NCBI GenBank assembly: GCA_027317945.1
Contig: DAHVQB010000001.1
Location: 9,348 to 73,347 of the forward strand
Direction of reading: 5' to 3'
From: Candidatus Micrarchaeota archaeon
Lineage (GTDB): Archaea > Micrarchaeota > Micrarchaeia > Micrarchaeales > Micrarchaeaceae
Length of the DNA: 64,000 nucleotides
In this document: piece after piece, positions 1 to 9,879 of the stretch
Layout of the letters: every line of letters starts with the position of its first letter
How positions within the stretch are numbered: the first letter of the stretch is position 1
Notes under the pieces: generated by a model
What the model saw: the letters and a program-made list of their open reading frames with translations, nothing else
The model's database searches: none
Told to the model about the DNA's origin: nothing
Translations under genes and position numbers: made by a program

Positions 1-1
1 C

Positions 2-2605
2 ACATCTGCAACATCAACAGTAAATTACTGCGCAGTGGGGTGCAGCAACAACCCGAACAGCCAAGCGTACAACGGATTTCCGCCGATAGGCCCACTAATG
101 CCATTGTGCAGTCCGGTTCCATCAGCGCTGCAGAGTGGCGGTTCCTACAGCAGTTGCATAAGCACGAGTAATCTAGGGAATATAGGCATGTCATCGGATT
201 TCAATGGCACGGATTACATAATGGCCAACATCATATTTCCCTACGGATCGCATTGGCCTGCAGAGCTTTTGGCATTCAAGCCATCGATCGAGAACTATAC
301 AAAGCTTTCATTGGGCGCAAGCTCCCCATACACATGCTATACTGGTTCTGCCTCCACCACGGGTCCATGCAATTATAACATTGAGATAGCCAGTTTGCGG
401 CCTCCTGTGATAGGGGTCCCGAGTTCATTCGAGTACGTCGAAAGCCAAGGGACTCCGTCAGTATTTTTGGCTCCAGGCACAAGCATACCTGCTTCTGGGG
501 CTATTGGGTCTGGAGGCGGCGGCTCTAACGAAGCCAATACTACTCTAAAAAACAATGGGGATTTGGTGAATGGCACTGGGCAATCAGTGCCAATAAATAA
601 TTTGCCTGGCTTAGGAAGCACGGGCTATAACTGTAGCAAGGGTACCCCCGGATGCACTGCGGGCACGCCTTATTTCGGCCCTGTAAACCTGACAAGCAGC
701 ATATCCGGATACGTGCTCGTGCCTTATAACGTTACGTATGAGCTGACACAGACTTACACCGATGTGCAATTGGCTCCGGGCAGCGACAACCCCCAGCCAA
801 ATCCACCTGGTAGCGACTGCCAATCCCAGAATGGTGTTATTTCTGGCTCTTTTGGTGTATCGTATCCGCCATACTATCAAACGTATACAATATATCCCTG
901 CGATTACGCATACCCGCAACCACCCCAGAACAGCTGCTCGTTCCCCGCTTCGAATTCGCAAACAACAGTCACCCAGTTCGCTTACGGCCAGGTGGACACC
1001 AAGGCATTCTCTCCTACTTCATCCATCACGGGCGAGATAGAGGGCGGTCCCACTTACCTCGAGCAGTCCGGCTCTGCCGCATTATACAATGCCAACCTGT
1101 CGGATGCCTCAATGATAATACCGCCTTACGTGGATTACGCTCTGTTCACCAACAGGGTATTCGGAGAAATCTATGTAAACCAAACATTCGGCTTCATGCC
1201 CAGCAGCAGGAAGACGATAATATCCCCGCCATACACTCTTGAAGGCTTCCAGAACCAGACATACCGGCTGTATTATGTCACGCAGGGTTCTCACCCAGGG
1301 TATGCTATAGAAGAAAGCTACCCGATGGGCAGTCCAGGCCTCGGCGTAACCGGTTTGCAGAGCTCCAGCCCGTATTATTACCTCAACAACCTGCCGCCGC
1401 TGTCCGGCTTCAAATCAGGCTTCAACTACTCCACCATAGGCAACACAATGGCCCCCAAGCCGCCGGTGGAACTATTCACCGTCTACCACACGTCTACGCA
1501 CCTGAATGACATGATACTGAACCTGACGGGCAGCGATGCTCTGCTTGGCTACAACAGGCTGATATACACATATGTGGACCGCTTCAATAACACGATATAC
1601 ATGCCGCTCAGCGTAGACTTCGCCAATATAACTACGATACAGTTGTCAGTCAATGCCAATCCTAACGTAACGAATCCGAACGAGACGAAGTTGTACATAA
1701 ACGGCACCGCGGGATTCGAGACGCCATGGGCGGTCGCCTCATCAGGCTCAATATTCCATCCCCTCCCGGCAGGCATGCCGATATACCTATATTACGATAA
1801 TAACCTGAATTTCTACAATCCCAACTACAATGACTTCCCCCCGATCGGCCAGCCGCCACGAGGCTTCGTATCGAAATCGCCAGGCGGTCTAGGCGCATAT
1901 CTAGAGTACGGTCTAAGATGTGCATACCCGTACAACGCATTGGCCAGCATCGGGTGCATGCTTGCCAACCCATCGAACAGCACTCCTCCGCCTACTGGTG
2001 AAGGCGGGATAGGCGCTCTAGAAGGCAATCTCACGACCTTTGCTACCCAGTTCAACCAGTCAGGCGCATGCACAGGCCCTCCGACGAGCTTGCTGCAGAC
2101 AACATCGCCAAATTGCAACATATACAATTCAATCACCGCGGTGGAGACGATAGGGAATGGCGAAGTGGCTTACTGCGTGCCTGAATTCAGCAACGGCACC
2201 GGCACACTGTCATCGCAGTTGGGACTGATGAAAATAACGAAGACCAATTCTGCAGGGCAGTTCAGCTTCAACACTACAGTCTGCGGCATAGGCCCGCACT
2301 CGGTAACTGCCAGGTACTACGGTTATCCGTATCCAGAACCTGCCACTTACCAGGAGACCCCGATAGGCGCATCCGGAGGCGCAAGCGAATTCTCCAACCT
2401 ATACCAGGCTCCGACACAGGAGTACAACTACTCGTATTCTGCGAACTATAGCGTCGCAACTTTCCAGATAGGGCTATTCCAGCTGGAGTATGGTGACGTG
2501 AGTGCTGCCATCACAATATTGGTGCTTATCTCTGCTGCGGCAGCTGCTTTCTATATGGGATTCAGGGGCAAAGGCCCGAAGACGAAGAAGCAGAGGCGCA
2601 AGTGA
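2..2605 (+). CDS. Large surface glycoprotein with C-terminal membrane anchor (5'-partial)
   Basis: Frame open from the window start; rich in S/T/G/N/P/Y/C with many N-x-S/T sequons; C-terminal TM helix followed by a basic tail (KGPKTKKQRRK). Confidence 0.7.
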   Translation, partial: TSATSTVNYCAVGCSNNPNSQAYNGFPPIGPLMPLCSPVPSALQSGGSYSSCISTSNLGNIGMSSDFNGTDYIMANIIFPYGSHWPAELLAFKPSIENYTKLSLGASSPYTCYTGSASTTGPCNYNIEIASLRPPVIGVPSSFEYVESQGTPSVFLAPGTSIPASGAIGSGGGGSNEANTTLKNNGDLVNGTGQSVPINNLPGLGSTGYNCSKGTPGCTAGTPYFGPVNLTSSISGYVLVPYNVTYELTQTYTDVQLAPGSDNPQPNPPGSDCQSQNGVISGSFGVSYPPYYQTYTIYPCDYAYPQPPQNSCSFPASNSQTTVTQFAYGQVDTKAFSPTSSITGEIEGGPTYLEQSGSAALYNANLSDASMIIPPYVDYALFTNRVFGEIYVNQTFGFMPSSRKTIISPPYTLEGFQNQTYRLYYVTQGSHPGYAIEESYPMGSPGLGVTGLQSSSPYYYLNNLPPLSGFKSGFNYSTIGNTMAPKPPVELFTVYHTSTHLNDMILNLTGSDALLGYNRLIYTYVDRFNNTIYMPLSVDFANITTIQLSVNANPNVTNPNETKLYINGTAGFETPWAVASSGSIFHPLPAGMPIYLYYDNNLNFYNPNYNDFPPIGQPPRGFVSKSPGGLGAYLEYGLRCAYPYNALASIGCMLANPSNSTPPPTGEGGIGALEGNLTTFATQFNQSGACTGPPTSLLQTTSPNCNIYNSITAVETIGNGEVAYCVPEFSNGTGTLSSQLGLMKITKTNSAGQFSFNTTVCGIGPHSVTARYYGYPYPEPATYQETPIGASGGASEFSNLYQAPTQEYNYSYSANYSVATFQIGLFQLEYGDVSAAITILVLISAAAAAFYMGFRGKGPKTKKQRRK

Positions 2606-2612
2606 TTATCCA

Positions 2613-5189
2613 TCACTTGTATGTAACCTTGAGTATGGTCGTGTCCTGGTTCTGATATACGGGGGTTAGCGTGACGTTCGGGTTCACGTACGGGCACCTT
2701 CCGTTTATCCTGCACAGCAGCCCTATCTTGAAGAGGTTGCTCTCCGGCAGCGCACTGCCCAGTACGGCTGCGCTGAGCGTCCTCGTCCCATTGTAGGATA
2801 TCATGAGCGTGAGGTTAGCGGCAGCATTAGAAGTCGATGTTATATCGCTGTAGTTGCCGTCAGACGCGTTGTAGAATATAACGTTCTTCATTGGCCTGAA
2901 CGACTGTGAGCCGCCGGAGCACGGAACGTTGCATTTTATGTAAGCGTTGACGCTCTCGCCATGCGATGCGTTGGCCACGCTCACGGTCAGCATAGAAGTA
3001 TATACGCTTGACGTGTACATGAATTGCTTCTCTGTCGCGTTCTGCTGGGCGTTATACCCATTGAAGTTAACATAACCGAACCCCTGCTCGCTAGCATTGC
3101 TAAGGCTGCCTTCAGTGGCTATTCCGCCGAGTTCCTCGAGCCAGAACTCCCTGCCCACTATGTACTGCGGCTTGCCGTACTGGTAGAGGAATTCTGAGCT
3201 GTTGTCCGTGCTGAACAGGAAGTCCGAATAATTGTATATTATCTGCGAGGTCTGCCCCCCTACGCTGTCCATTATGCTGGTCCTGTTGGCCCATCCCTCG
3301 ACCACGCTTCCATCCGGCCACAGAGCCAGCACAGTGGCGTTGGCCGCCGTGTTGTTCTTCATCCAGCCCATCGCCTGCAGGAAGAGCGGGTTTATGCCGT
3401 CGGCTTGTGGCGTGTTTGCCGATTCCATCGCAGTAACATAAATGCCGTAAGCGAGCACAGCCACTATTATGATCGCGACTCCCACTCCTACGAACGGCTT
3501 TATGCTGCCCGCATCGTCGTATAGGAGCTTCCATAACGCGTAAATTCCGTAGGCCGAGAATATCGCCAACGGCACCGATGCCAAAGAGTTGAAGCGCTGT
3601 GCGCCTATGGCAAGGTAGAATGTCACCGCCATGTACCCTATCAATATCATGAACCCTGCCAGCACATCGTGCCTTCCCTGCATAAGGCCGGAGTCCTGCC
3701 TCAAAGCCTTTACCAGCAATACCGCAACAAACGCGACTGCTATCGGGACAAGCTCCACCAATGTGAATACGGAAGCCTGCTCGTTCGCCGTAGGCAGGAA
3801 GGTGATTATCAAGGAGCTGATGAAGAAGGCTGCTATGTAATAAACTACAACTGCCAGGGTCATCACGCTGATCCTGCCGCCGCCTGTCTTTCCTTCCTTG
3901 GTATCGTCAACCGCGCCGTGCAGCAGCATGAACAGCACTATCCCAATCGGTGCCAAGTACAGCTGGAAGCCGAAGCTGCTCCAAAGGAACGCATACGATG
4001 GCGGTTGAAGTTCCTGTATGGTGGCAAGCAGCGGATTCTGGGATGCAAGCTGCCCTCCTGCGCTGGCTACATAGGTAAGCTCGGAGCCGAACGGTATTGC
4101 CAGAAGGGCGATCCCTACTATGAAAGCCACGACAAGAAACCCTGCCCTGCCGGTCGGTGTGCTTACGAATCTTAGGCTATCAACCCTCTTGAGCAATTCA
4201 AGCGCCAGCACCGCGCCGACTACGATCGGCACATAGAAGATAAAGAAGCCCGATCCGGAAAGCACCTCCGGGCTCCTTATCATGTAAAGCAGCATGTACG
4301 CGCGCTCCAATGCGTAGGCGACAAGCAGCGCGGCCGCCATAAGCATGCTGCTCTCTATCATGCTCTTGCTGCCTGCTATGAATGCGTATACGATCAGGAG
4401 CAGCAGTATTACGATGTATATAGCTACCCCGAACGCCGCGCCGCCCCATACAAGTGTAGCCAGGCTGAGAGTGAATCCCGAAAGCAGCCCATACGCGATC
4501 CTGCGCCTGCCTTCGGAGCGGAAGATCATGTAAGCGAAGAGCAGGGCCATTATTATGAATATGGAAACGAAGCCGTCTCCCCTGTATATGAGCGCCGCTG
4601 TCCTAGCTATGTCGCCGCTCGATACCGCGACCATGAGCATTGCGAATAGGGACAATGCCCTGTTCTTGGATAGGAGCTTCACCAGGAAATAGGCGCCCAG
4701 CGCATCGAGCAGGCCGAAAAATACCGGCACAAGCCTCATCACCGTGTAATAACTGACGCCGAAATACTGCAGGACCGCATAAGGCAGCAGCGTGACCATG
4801 TACAGGCCGATGGGCTCGGTTATGCCGTTGTGCGGGAACAGACCGGAAATCCCTAGCCTCAAGGGCACCATGAACCCGTCCGCCAAAGACGCCCTTATAA
4901 CAGAATAATGGAAAAACCCGTCAGGCTCGAAGAATCCGGCATCTGAAATCATGCCAGATCGCAGCCAGATTGCAAGCAGTATTATCGCGATCAATAATAC
5001 TGCCAATACGTACATGTTGCCGGGTACTATGGCAGAGAGCCTCTGTAGCGCGCTTTGACCGTTTTCCGGAGCAGCATCCACGCCAGTTCCCTGCTCGGCA
5101 CCCTCATCCTGTGGCGCCTTGCCAAGTTCCCTCTGTATCCTATCCCATTCCTTATGCATCATACCCGCCGTAATCAAACCTATAAGCAT
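2613..5189 (-). CDS. aglB: Oligosaccharyltransferase AglB/STT3
   Basis: Multi-TM N-terminal half with EPDGFFHY, YRGD and TIQELQP; soluble C-domain WMKNNT..ATVLALWPDG..WANR (WWDYG position altered). Confidence 0.85.
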   Translation of the reverse strand: MLIGLITAGMMHKEWDRIQRELGKAPQDEGAEQGTGVDAAPENGQSALQRLSAIVPGNMYVLAVLLIAIILLAIWLRSGMISDAGFFEPDGFFHYSVIRASLADGFMVPLRLGISGLFPHNGITEPIGLYMVTLLPYAVLQYFGVSYYTVMRLVPVFFGLLDALGAYFLVKLLSKNRALSLFAMLMVAVSSGDIARTAALIYRGDGFVSIFIIMALLFAYMIFRSEGRRRIAYGLLSGFTLSLATLVWGGAAFGVAIYIVILLLLIVYAFIAGSKSMIESSMLMAAALLVAYALERAYMLLYMIRSPEVLSGSGFFIFYVPIVVGAVLALELLKRVDSLRFVSTPTGRAGFLVVAFIVGIALLAIPFGSELTYVASAGGQLASQNPLLATIQELQPPSYAFLWSSFGFQLYLAPIGIVLFMLLHGAVDDTKEGKTGGGRISVMTLAVVVYYIAAFFISSLIITFLPTANEQASVFTLVELVPIAVAFVAVLLVKALRQDSGLMQGRHDVLAGFMILIGYMAVTFYLAIGAQRFNSLASVPLAIFSAYGIYALWKLLYDDAGSIKPFVGVGVAIIIVAVLAYGIYVTAMESANTPQADGINPLFLQAMGWMKNNTAANATVLALWPDGSVVEGWANRTSIMDSVGGQTSQIIYNYSDFLFSTDNSSEFLYQYGKPQYIVGREFWLEELGGIATEGSLSNASEQGFGYVNFNGYNAQQNATEKQFMYTSSVYTSMLTVSVANASHGESVNAYIKCNVPCSGGSQSFRPMKNVIFYNASDGNYSDITSTSNAAANLTLMISYNGTRTLSAAVLGSALPESNLFKIGLLCRINGRCPYVNPNVTLTPVYQNQDTTILKVTYK

Positions 5190-5207
5190 GAATGTTTCAA
5201 CGTGAAT

Positions 5208-5837
5208 CTACTTATTCCTGTGTGAATATGACTTTGAATATCTGTATATCAAGTATACTCCAACTACCATGACGCCTGCTATAGTCAGCGCCAGTATGGC
5301 CGCGGATGGGTATGTGGCAGAATCCAAGGTCAGGTAGCCTATGGCCATCAGGGCCATGTCCCAAATCCCTGTGCCTGCTATCGAATACGCGAAAAACGTC
5401 TTCTTGTCCATCCTTGCGAAGCCCGCTGGGAAGCTCATCAGCGTCCTCAGCACGGGCACGAACCTGCTGAGGAACACCACTGCGACCCTGTTCCTGTTGA
5501 ACCATGAATCGAAGTCCTCTAGCGTGGATCTTTTGACCCTGAACAGCTTAATGTGCTTGTACACTATGTCCTTGCCTACGAAGTAGCCTATGTAGTAGTC
5601 GACTGCAAGGCCAAGAATGCTGCCGAGCAGCGCAGCCGCGAATGCCATCCAGAAGTTGAGCAGCCCTGTGGCTGCAAGGCCGCCAGCCAGCGGAAGGACA
5701 GCCTCGCTGGGTACAGGAAGTGAGGACCCCTCAAGGGCCATCAGCCCGAATATAGCTGCATAGCCGTAACTTGAAACCATGCTCGTCGCATAGGCATAGA
5801 GCCCGGATAGGGACGAAGCATAAACGAAATCGTACAT
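5208..5837 (-). CDS. DedA family membrane protein
   Basis: LEGSSLPVPSE and SRFVPVLRTLMSFPAG motifs. Confidence 0.9.
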   Translation of the reverse strand: MYDFVYASSLSGLYAYATSMVSSYGYAAIFGLMALEGSSLPVPSEAVLPLAGGLAATGLLNFWMAFAAALLGSILGLAVDYYIGYFVGKDIVYKHIKLFRVKRSTLEDFDSWFNRNRVAVVFLSRFVPVLRTLMSFPAGFARMDKKTFFAYSIAGTGIWDMALMAIGYLTLDSATYPSAAILALTIAGVMVVGVYLIYRYSKSYSHRNK

Positions 5838-5897
5838 AAGTCACGCAGATTATTTCGTAAAGGTCTTATAAAATGCTATGCCAAATCCATATATCCT

Positions 5898-6926
5898 ATG
5901 AAAATAATAAAATTCAACGAGGGCGTAGGCTCCATGAGGCTAAGAGTGGATACGCTGGAGGACTTATGGACGCTGCAGAGGGTGCTGTTCCCAAACGACC
6001 TAGTGAAATCGGAGAGCGTCCGTCGCTTCAGGTCCAACGAGAGCGATGTCGGCGAGCTGAAGGATGTCGTAGTAAGGCTGAGGATCGAAAAGACGGAACT
6101 GGACAAGAATGCCGAGCGCCTGAGGATAATGGGCAAGATAGTAGAGGGCAAGCCCCTTGACTACATAAGGCTAAACAGCTACCATACCCTGAACATAGCC
6201 CCGTTCGATGAACTCGAGATCACAAAGGGCAGATGGCACGATTACATAGTCGATGTGCTGCGCAATGCCGTGTCCGACTCCAGGAGGCCAAGGCTGGGCC
6301 TGATAGTCGTAGATGACGAGAAGGCGCTTTCCGCGTACCTGCTCGGCTACGGCGTCCAGTTCGGCAACGAATTGTACAGCAGGCTCAGCAAGAGGATGAG
6401 CCAGAAGGATTTCACGGAAGCAGAGAACAAGTACTTCGCTGCCATAATAAGCCTCGCAGTGGGCATGAGGGCGGATACGGTTGTCATAGCGGGTCCGGGA
6501 TTCACCAAGGACGACGTGAAGAAGCGGATGGAGGAGTCCGGGGAAATGAAGAAGTCCTCAAAGAGGTTCATATTCGAGAACACGAGCAACACGGAGCGGT
6601 CGGGCATATACGAGCTAATAAGGAGCGATAAAGTGAGCAGGATACTGGAACGCGAGCGCATAAGGCAGGAGTTCGCGCTTATGGAGCAGTTCCTGACAGG
6701 ATTGTCCACCGGCCGGTCGAAGTACGGTGCGGATAACGTTTCAAATGCCATTGAGGAATATGAGGCGAAGGCAGTTTTGGTGAACGACAATCTCCTGGGG
6801 GAAATCGCGGTCCAGCAGGTTTTGGAGGGAGCGGAGCGCAACCACATAAAAATAGAGGTGTTCAACTCTGCCGATGAGGTCGGCCAGCAACTTGCCTCTT
6901 TCAAAGGGCTGGCGAGCATATCATAG
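5898..6926 (+). CDS. pelA: mRNA surveillance protein pelota
   Basis: EDLWTL, LRIMGKIVEG, YHTLNI and AGPGF motifs. Confidence 0.9.
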   Translation: MKIIKFNEGVGSMRLRVDTLEDLWTLQRVLFPNDLVKSESVRRFRSNESDVGELKDVVVRLRIEKTELDKNAERLRIMGKIVEGKPLDYIRLNSYHTLNIAPFDELEITKGRWHDYIVDVLRNAVSDSRRPRLGLIVVDDEKALSAYLLGYGVQFGNELYSRLSKRMSQKDFTEAENKYFAAIISLAVGMRADTVVIAGPGFTKDDVKKRMEESGEMKKSSKRFIFENTSNTERSGIYELIRSDKVSRILERERIRQEFALMEQFLTGLSTGRSKYGADNVSNAIEEYEAKAVLVNDNLLGEIAVQQVLEGAERNHIKIEVFNSADEVGQQLASFKGLASIS

Positions 6927-6969
6927 AGGAACCAATGCCGAAATTACTCGCTCATTGGTGCAGCGGCAA

Positions 6970-7113
6970 TCACTGCATAAGCTCGGCAAGGCGCCTGTTG
7001 CCGAACGGGTGCAGCTGGCCTATGGTGTTGCATTCGGCGCAATTCCTGCAGTGGTCGCCCACCTCAAATTTGCCGTCATCCTTTACCATGCATCCGCACC
7101 TCAGCATTATCAT
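6970..7113 (-). CDS. Small Cys/His-rich protein (47 aa), putative metal-binding; not in ORF track
   Basis: Hand translation MIMLRCGCMVKDDGKFEVGDHCRNCAECNTIGQLHPFGNRRLAELMQ; AT-rich promoter-like region upstream. Confidence 0.55.
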   Translation of the reverse strand: MIMLRCGCMVKDDGKFEVGDHCRNCAECNTIGQLHPFGNRRLAELMQ

Positions 7114-7398
7114 CAAATCAACGATCTAAATATCAAAGCAATATCTATTAATTACTATATACAAAGCTTGTGAGCAAGCCTATCCCGGCCCACAATCCAC
7201 TCCAACCCCTCTTATAAAAGGTATATAGCATTATTGCACCTTATATAAGCGAGATGCGCAACGAAATCCATTCTTTATCTCAGCGCTGCCGTACCTGCAT
7301 TGAACTAAGGGCAGCATACGCATCCTCTAAGATTGCGGCATGGTCCAATGATGAGGATTGACACCAGTTTTGATCTGGACCTATCATATTCAATTAAA

Positions 7399-8250
7399 AT
7401 GAGCATACACAAGACTGCTGCAAGGCTGAAGTCCTTGGGCACAAAAGAATTCATAAATCCCCAGCTGTCTGCTCCGTCCATGCACCTCGTTTCCGCAGGC
7501 AGCAAGTACATGCGGTCTGCACTTGTTTTCATAGCGGCAACTGCCATAGGCAGGAAGCCGTCCGAATTCGTGGATCTGGCATCTGCAATCGAGTTGCTGC
7601 ATACTGCATCGCTCGTCCATGACGACATAATAGACAGGGACTCCATAAGGAGAGGGAGGCCCGCGGTCCATATAAAATACGGAATGGAGGCAGCCATACT
7701 GGCAGGCGATGCGCTTATCTCAAAGTCAATATCCCTGTCTACCAAGTACGGGCCGGAGGTGATCGGCTCGATATCCCACGCCGCGATGTGCATGTGCGCC
7801 GGCGAGATGCTGGATTTCAAGTTCCAGAAAAGCAAGCGCGTCCCTACGGTCAACGACTATACGAAGATCGCCACGCTCAAGAGCGCATCGCTGATAGGCA
7901 CTGCGGCAAGCATATCTGCCGTCTACGCGAAAAAGCCGGAGCTGGCTTCCAAGCTATACGAGTTCGGCAAGTACGCAGGAATAGCGTTCCAGATGCGCGA
8001 TGACATACTGAACTTCGCCGGCCTTAACGATTCCAGCAGGAAATCGACAGGCAATGACACTGCGAGGTTCAGGCCCAACATAGCAAAGGTCATACTTGAC
8101 TCGGATGGCGGCCGTGAGCATGCACTGCAAAGCGCAATAAAGCTCAACAACCGCTTCATAGACATTGCAAACAGGCAGCTGGAAGGGGAGGATGTGGCGC
8201 CCAGCCTTGCAGGCTACGCGAACTTGATAAGGCTGCGCCAGGAGCAATAG
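7399..8250 (+). CDS. idsA: Polyprenyl (geranylgeranyl) diphosphate synthase
   Basis: ELLHTASLVHDDIID..RRG, AILAGD and FQMRDD motifs; start uncertain (7333-7399). Confidence 0.85.
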   Translation: MSIHKTAARLKSLGTKEFINPQLSAPSMHLVSAGSKYMRSALVFIAATAIGRKPSEFVDLASAIELLHTASLVHDDIIDRDSIRRGRPAVHIKYGMEAAILAGDALISKSISLSTKYGPEVIGSISHAAMCMCAGEMLDFKFQKSKRVPTVNDYTKIATLKSASLIGTAASISAVYAKKPELASKLYEFGKYAGIAFQMRDDILNFAGLNDSSRKSTGNDTARFRPNIAKVILDSDGGREHALQSAIKLNNRFIDIANRQLEGEDVAPSLAGYANLIRLRQEQ

Positions 8251-8288
8251 CTCCCTACCAATAATTTGCCTGACCTGTGGCAGCCCGT

Positions 8289-9818
8289 CTAAAATATGGG
8301 CCCGTATCTTTTGTCATTGTCCGGCCTTATGCCGAAGTACTTGAGCACTGTCGGCTCCATGTTGTAGACATAGAGCTTCTTCCTCTTTATCGCTGCGTAA
8401 TCCACTGCATTAGTATAGCTGAGCGCACCGAATACGCCGTTCCTTATGTGATCGCCGCTCTTGGGCGGCTCGGGATCCATGAACAGCCCCCCGCTTTTCA
8501 GGTAGCCGAACGCGTCTATTATGTAGCCGGGTCTTATCTCGGCCATTATGTCAGGCGCTATGAAAAGCTTCGTGCCCTCATAATATCCATCCGCGTCATA
8601 CGCGCCAACCATAAGCGGCTTCCCGTCCTCATTCTTTATCTTCATCAGCTTCGACATGAGCTCCTTTTTCAGCGCCTTCTTCTCGCTGCTGCTTACTATG
8701 CCGTTTTCGAACCTGCCGTCGTTTATGAATATGGTCGTTACTGGGCAGTTTGCTATGCTCGCGAATGCCCGCGTACCGTCCATGTCGTAGTCGAAGTCGT
8801 GCAGGCGCGTGTAATCCCCTGACGAGGTGCCCGCAAGCGTCCTGCTCAGCGCCCCCTTCACAAGTTTTTTGCCGGAACTGGGCAGCTTGTCATAGACTTT
8901 CTTGCGGAGCCCGCTCCTCATGAGCGACTCCCTGAGCTCATATTTTATGCTGCTCCCCTTCTTCCCGGAGACGTTCATTTCACCCTCAAGCTGCTTTGTC
9001 AGTTTGGCGTATCCGTTGTTTATCAGCCATCCGTTCATGAGGAACTTCCTGCGTATCAGCTGCCCGCCGTGGTCAGATATGAGCATCACGGTCGCATGCT
9101 CTTTCCTTGCCCTCACCAGCACCCATTCAATGAAATCGGAGATCCCCTTGTACATCGGCAAGACGCATCCCTTCCACTGGGGCTTGTTCAGAGAATAATG
9201 CTGCATCCTGTCCTGCTCCGTGAAGCATACGAATATGAAGTCGTAGTCCTTCTTTTCTATGAGCTCCTTGCTCATGGCGCTCCTGGCTTTTATGCCATGC
9301 ATATAGCCCCTGGAGCCCTCCTCGAGCGTTATGTCCCCGTGCTTGAGCTTAGTCTCCACCTCCGGTTCGCCCCTGAACGAGTATTTGTCTGCGATTGCCC
9401 TGAGCCTCTCAGAGCTGAACTTGGCCGGCAATGGGAATCCGGTTATCATGTCTATGTTGGGATCGTTCCCCACCTTCACGAGCATAGCCGGCGTCACGAT
9501 CAGGCTCTTAAGGCCTTTGGCGGAGAGTTTCTCCCAGAATGGCGCCTTTACCGATGGGTCATAATACACTACGCTCTTGGTGTAATTCGGCTCCATCTTG
9601 AAGAATTCGGGCACGCCGTGCACTCCCGGCCTGACTCCCGTGTATATGCTGGGCCATGAAGGGCCGGTCATCGGCGGCATCGTGGACTCCATGTCCATCA
9701 GGACCCCATTTTTGAAGAATTCCCCGAATCCTTTCATGCCGTATTCGGCATAGTTGTCCTTTATTATCCACAGCGGCGCCGAGTCCATGCCTATAACGTA
9801 AAGCTTCCTCTTCTGCAT
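8289..9818 (-). CDS. Alkaline phosphatase superfamily nucleotide pyrophosphatase/phosphodiesterase
   Basis: VIGMDS, STMPPMTGPSWPSIYTG, DRMQH, SDHG and GDH motifs. Confidence 0.85.
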   Translation of the reverse strand: MQKRKLYVIGMDSAPLWIIKDNYAEYGMKGFGEFFKNGVLMDMESTMPPMTGPSWPSIYTGVRPGVHGVPEFFKMEPNYTKSVVYYDPSVKAPFWEKLSAKGLKSLIVTPAMLVKVGNDPNIDMITGFPLPAKFSSERLRAIADKYSFRGEPEVETKLKHGDITLEEGSRGYMHGIKARSAMSKELIEKKDYDFIFVCFTEQDRMQHYSLNKPQWKGCVLPMYKGISDFIEWVLVRARKEHATVMLISDHGGQLIRRKFLMNGWLINNGYAKLTKQLEGEMNVSGKKGSSIKYELRESLMRSGLRKKVYDKLPSSGKKLVKGALSRTLAGTSSGDYTRLHDFDYDMDGTRAFASIANCPVTTIFINDGRFENGIVSSSEKKALKKELMSKLMKIKNEDGKPLMVGAYDADGYYEGTKLFIAPDIMAEIRPGYIIDAFGYLKSGGLFMDPEPPKSGDHIRNGVFGALSYTNAVDYAAIKRKKLYVYNMEPTVLKYFGIRPDNDKRYGPIF

Positions 9819-9879
9819 CGAAATCGCCCTATACAAGCATGCAAAACGCTTTAAGCTTTGGATGCCATAGCCTAGATAT

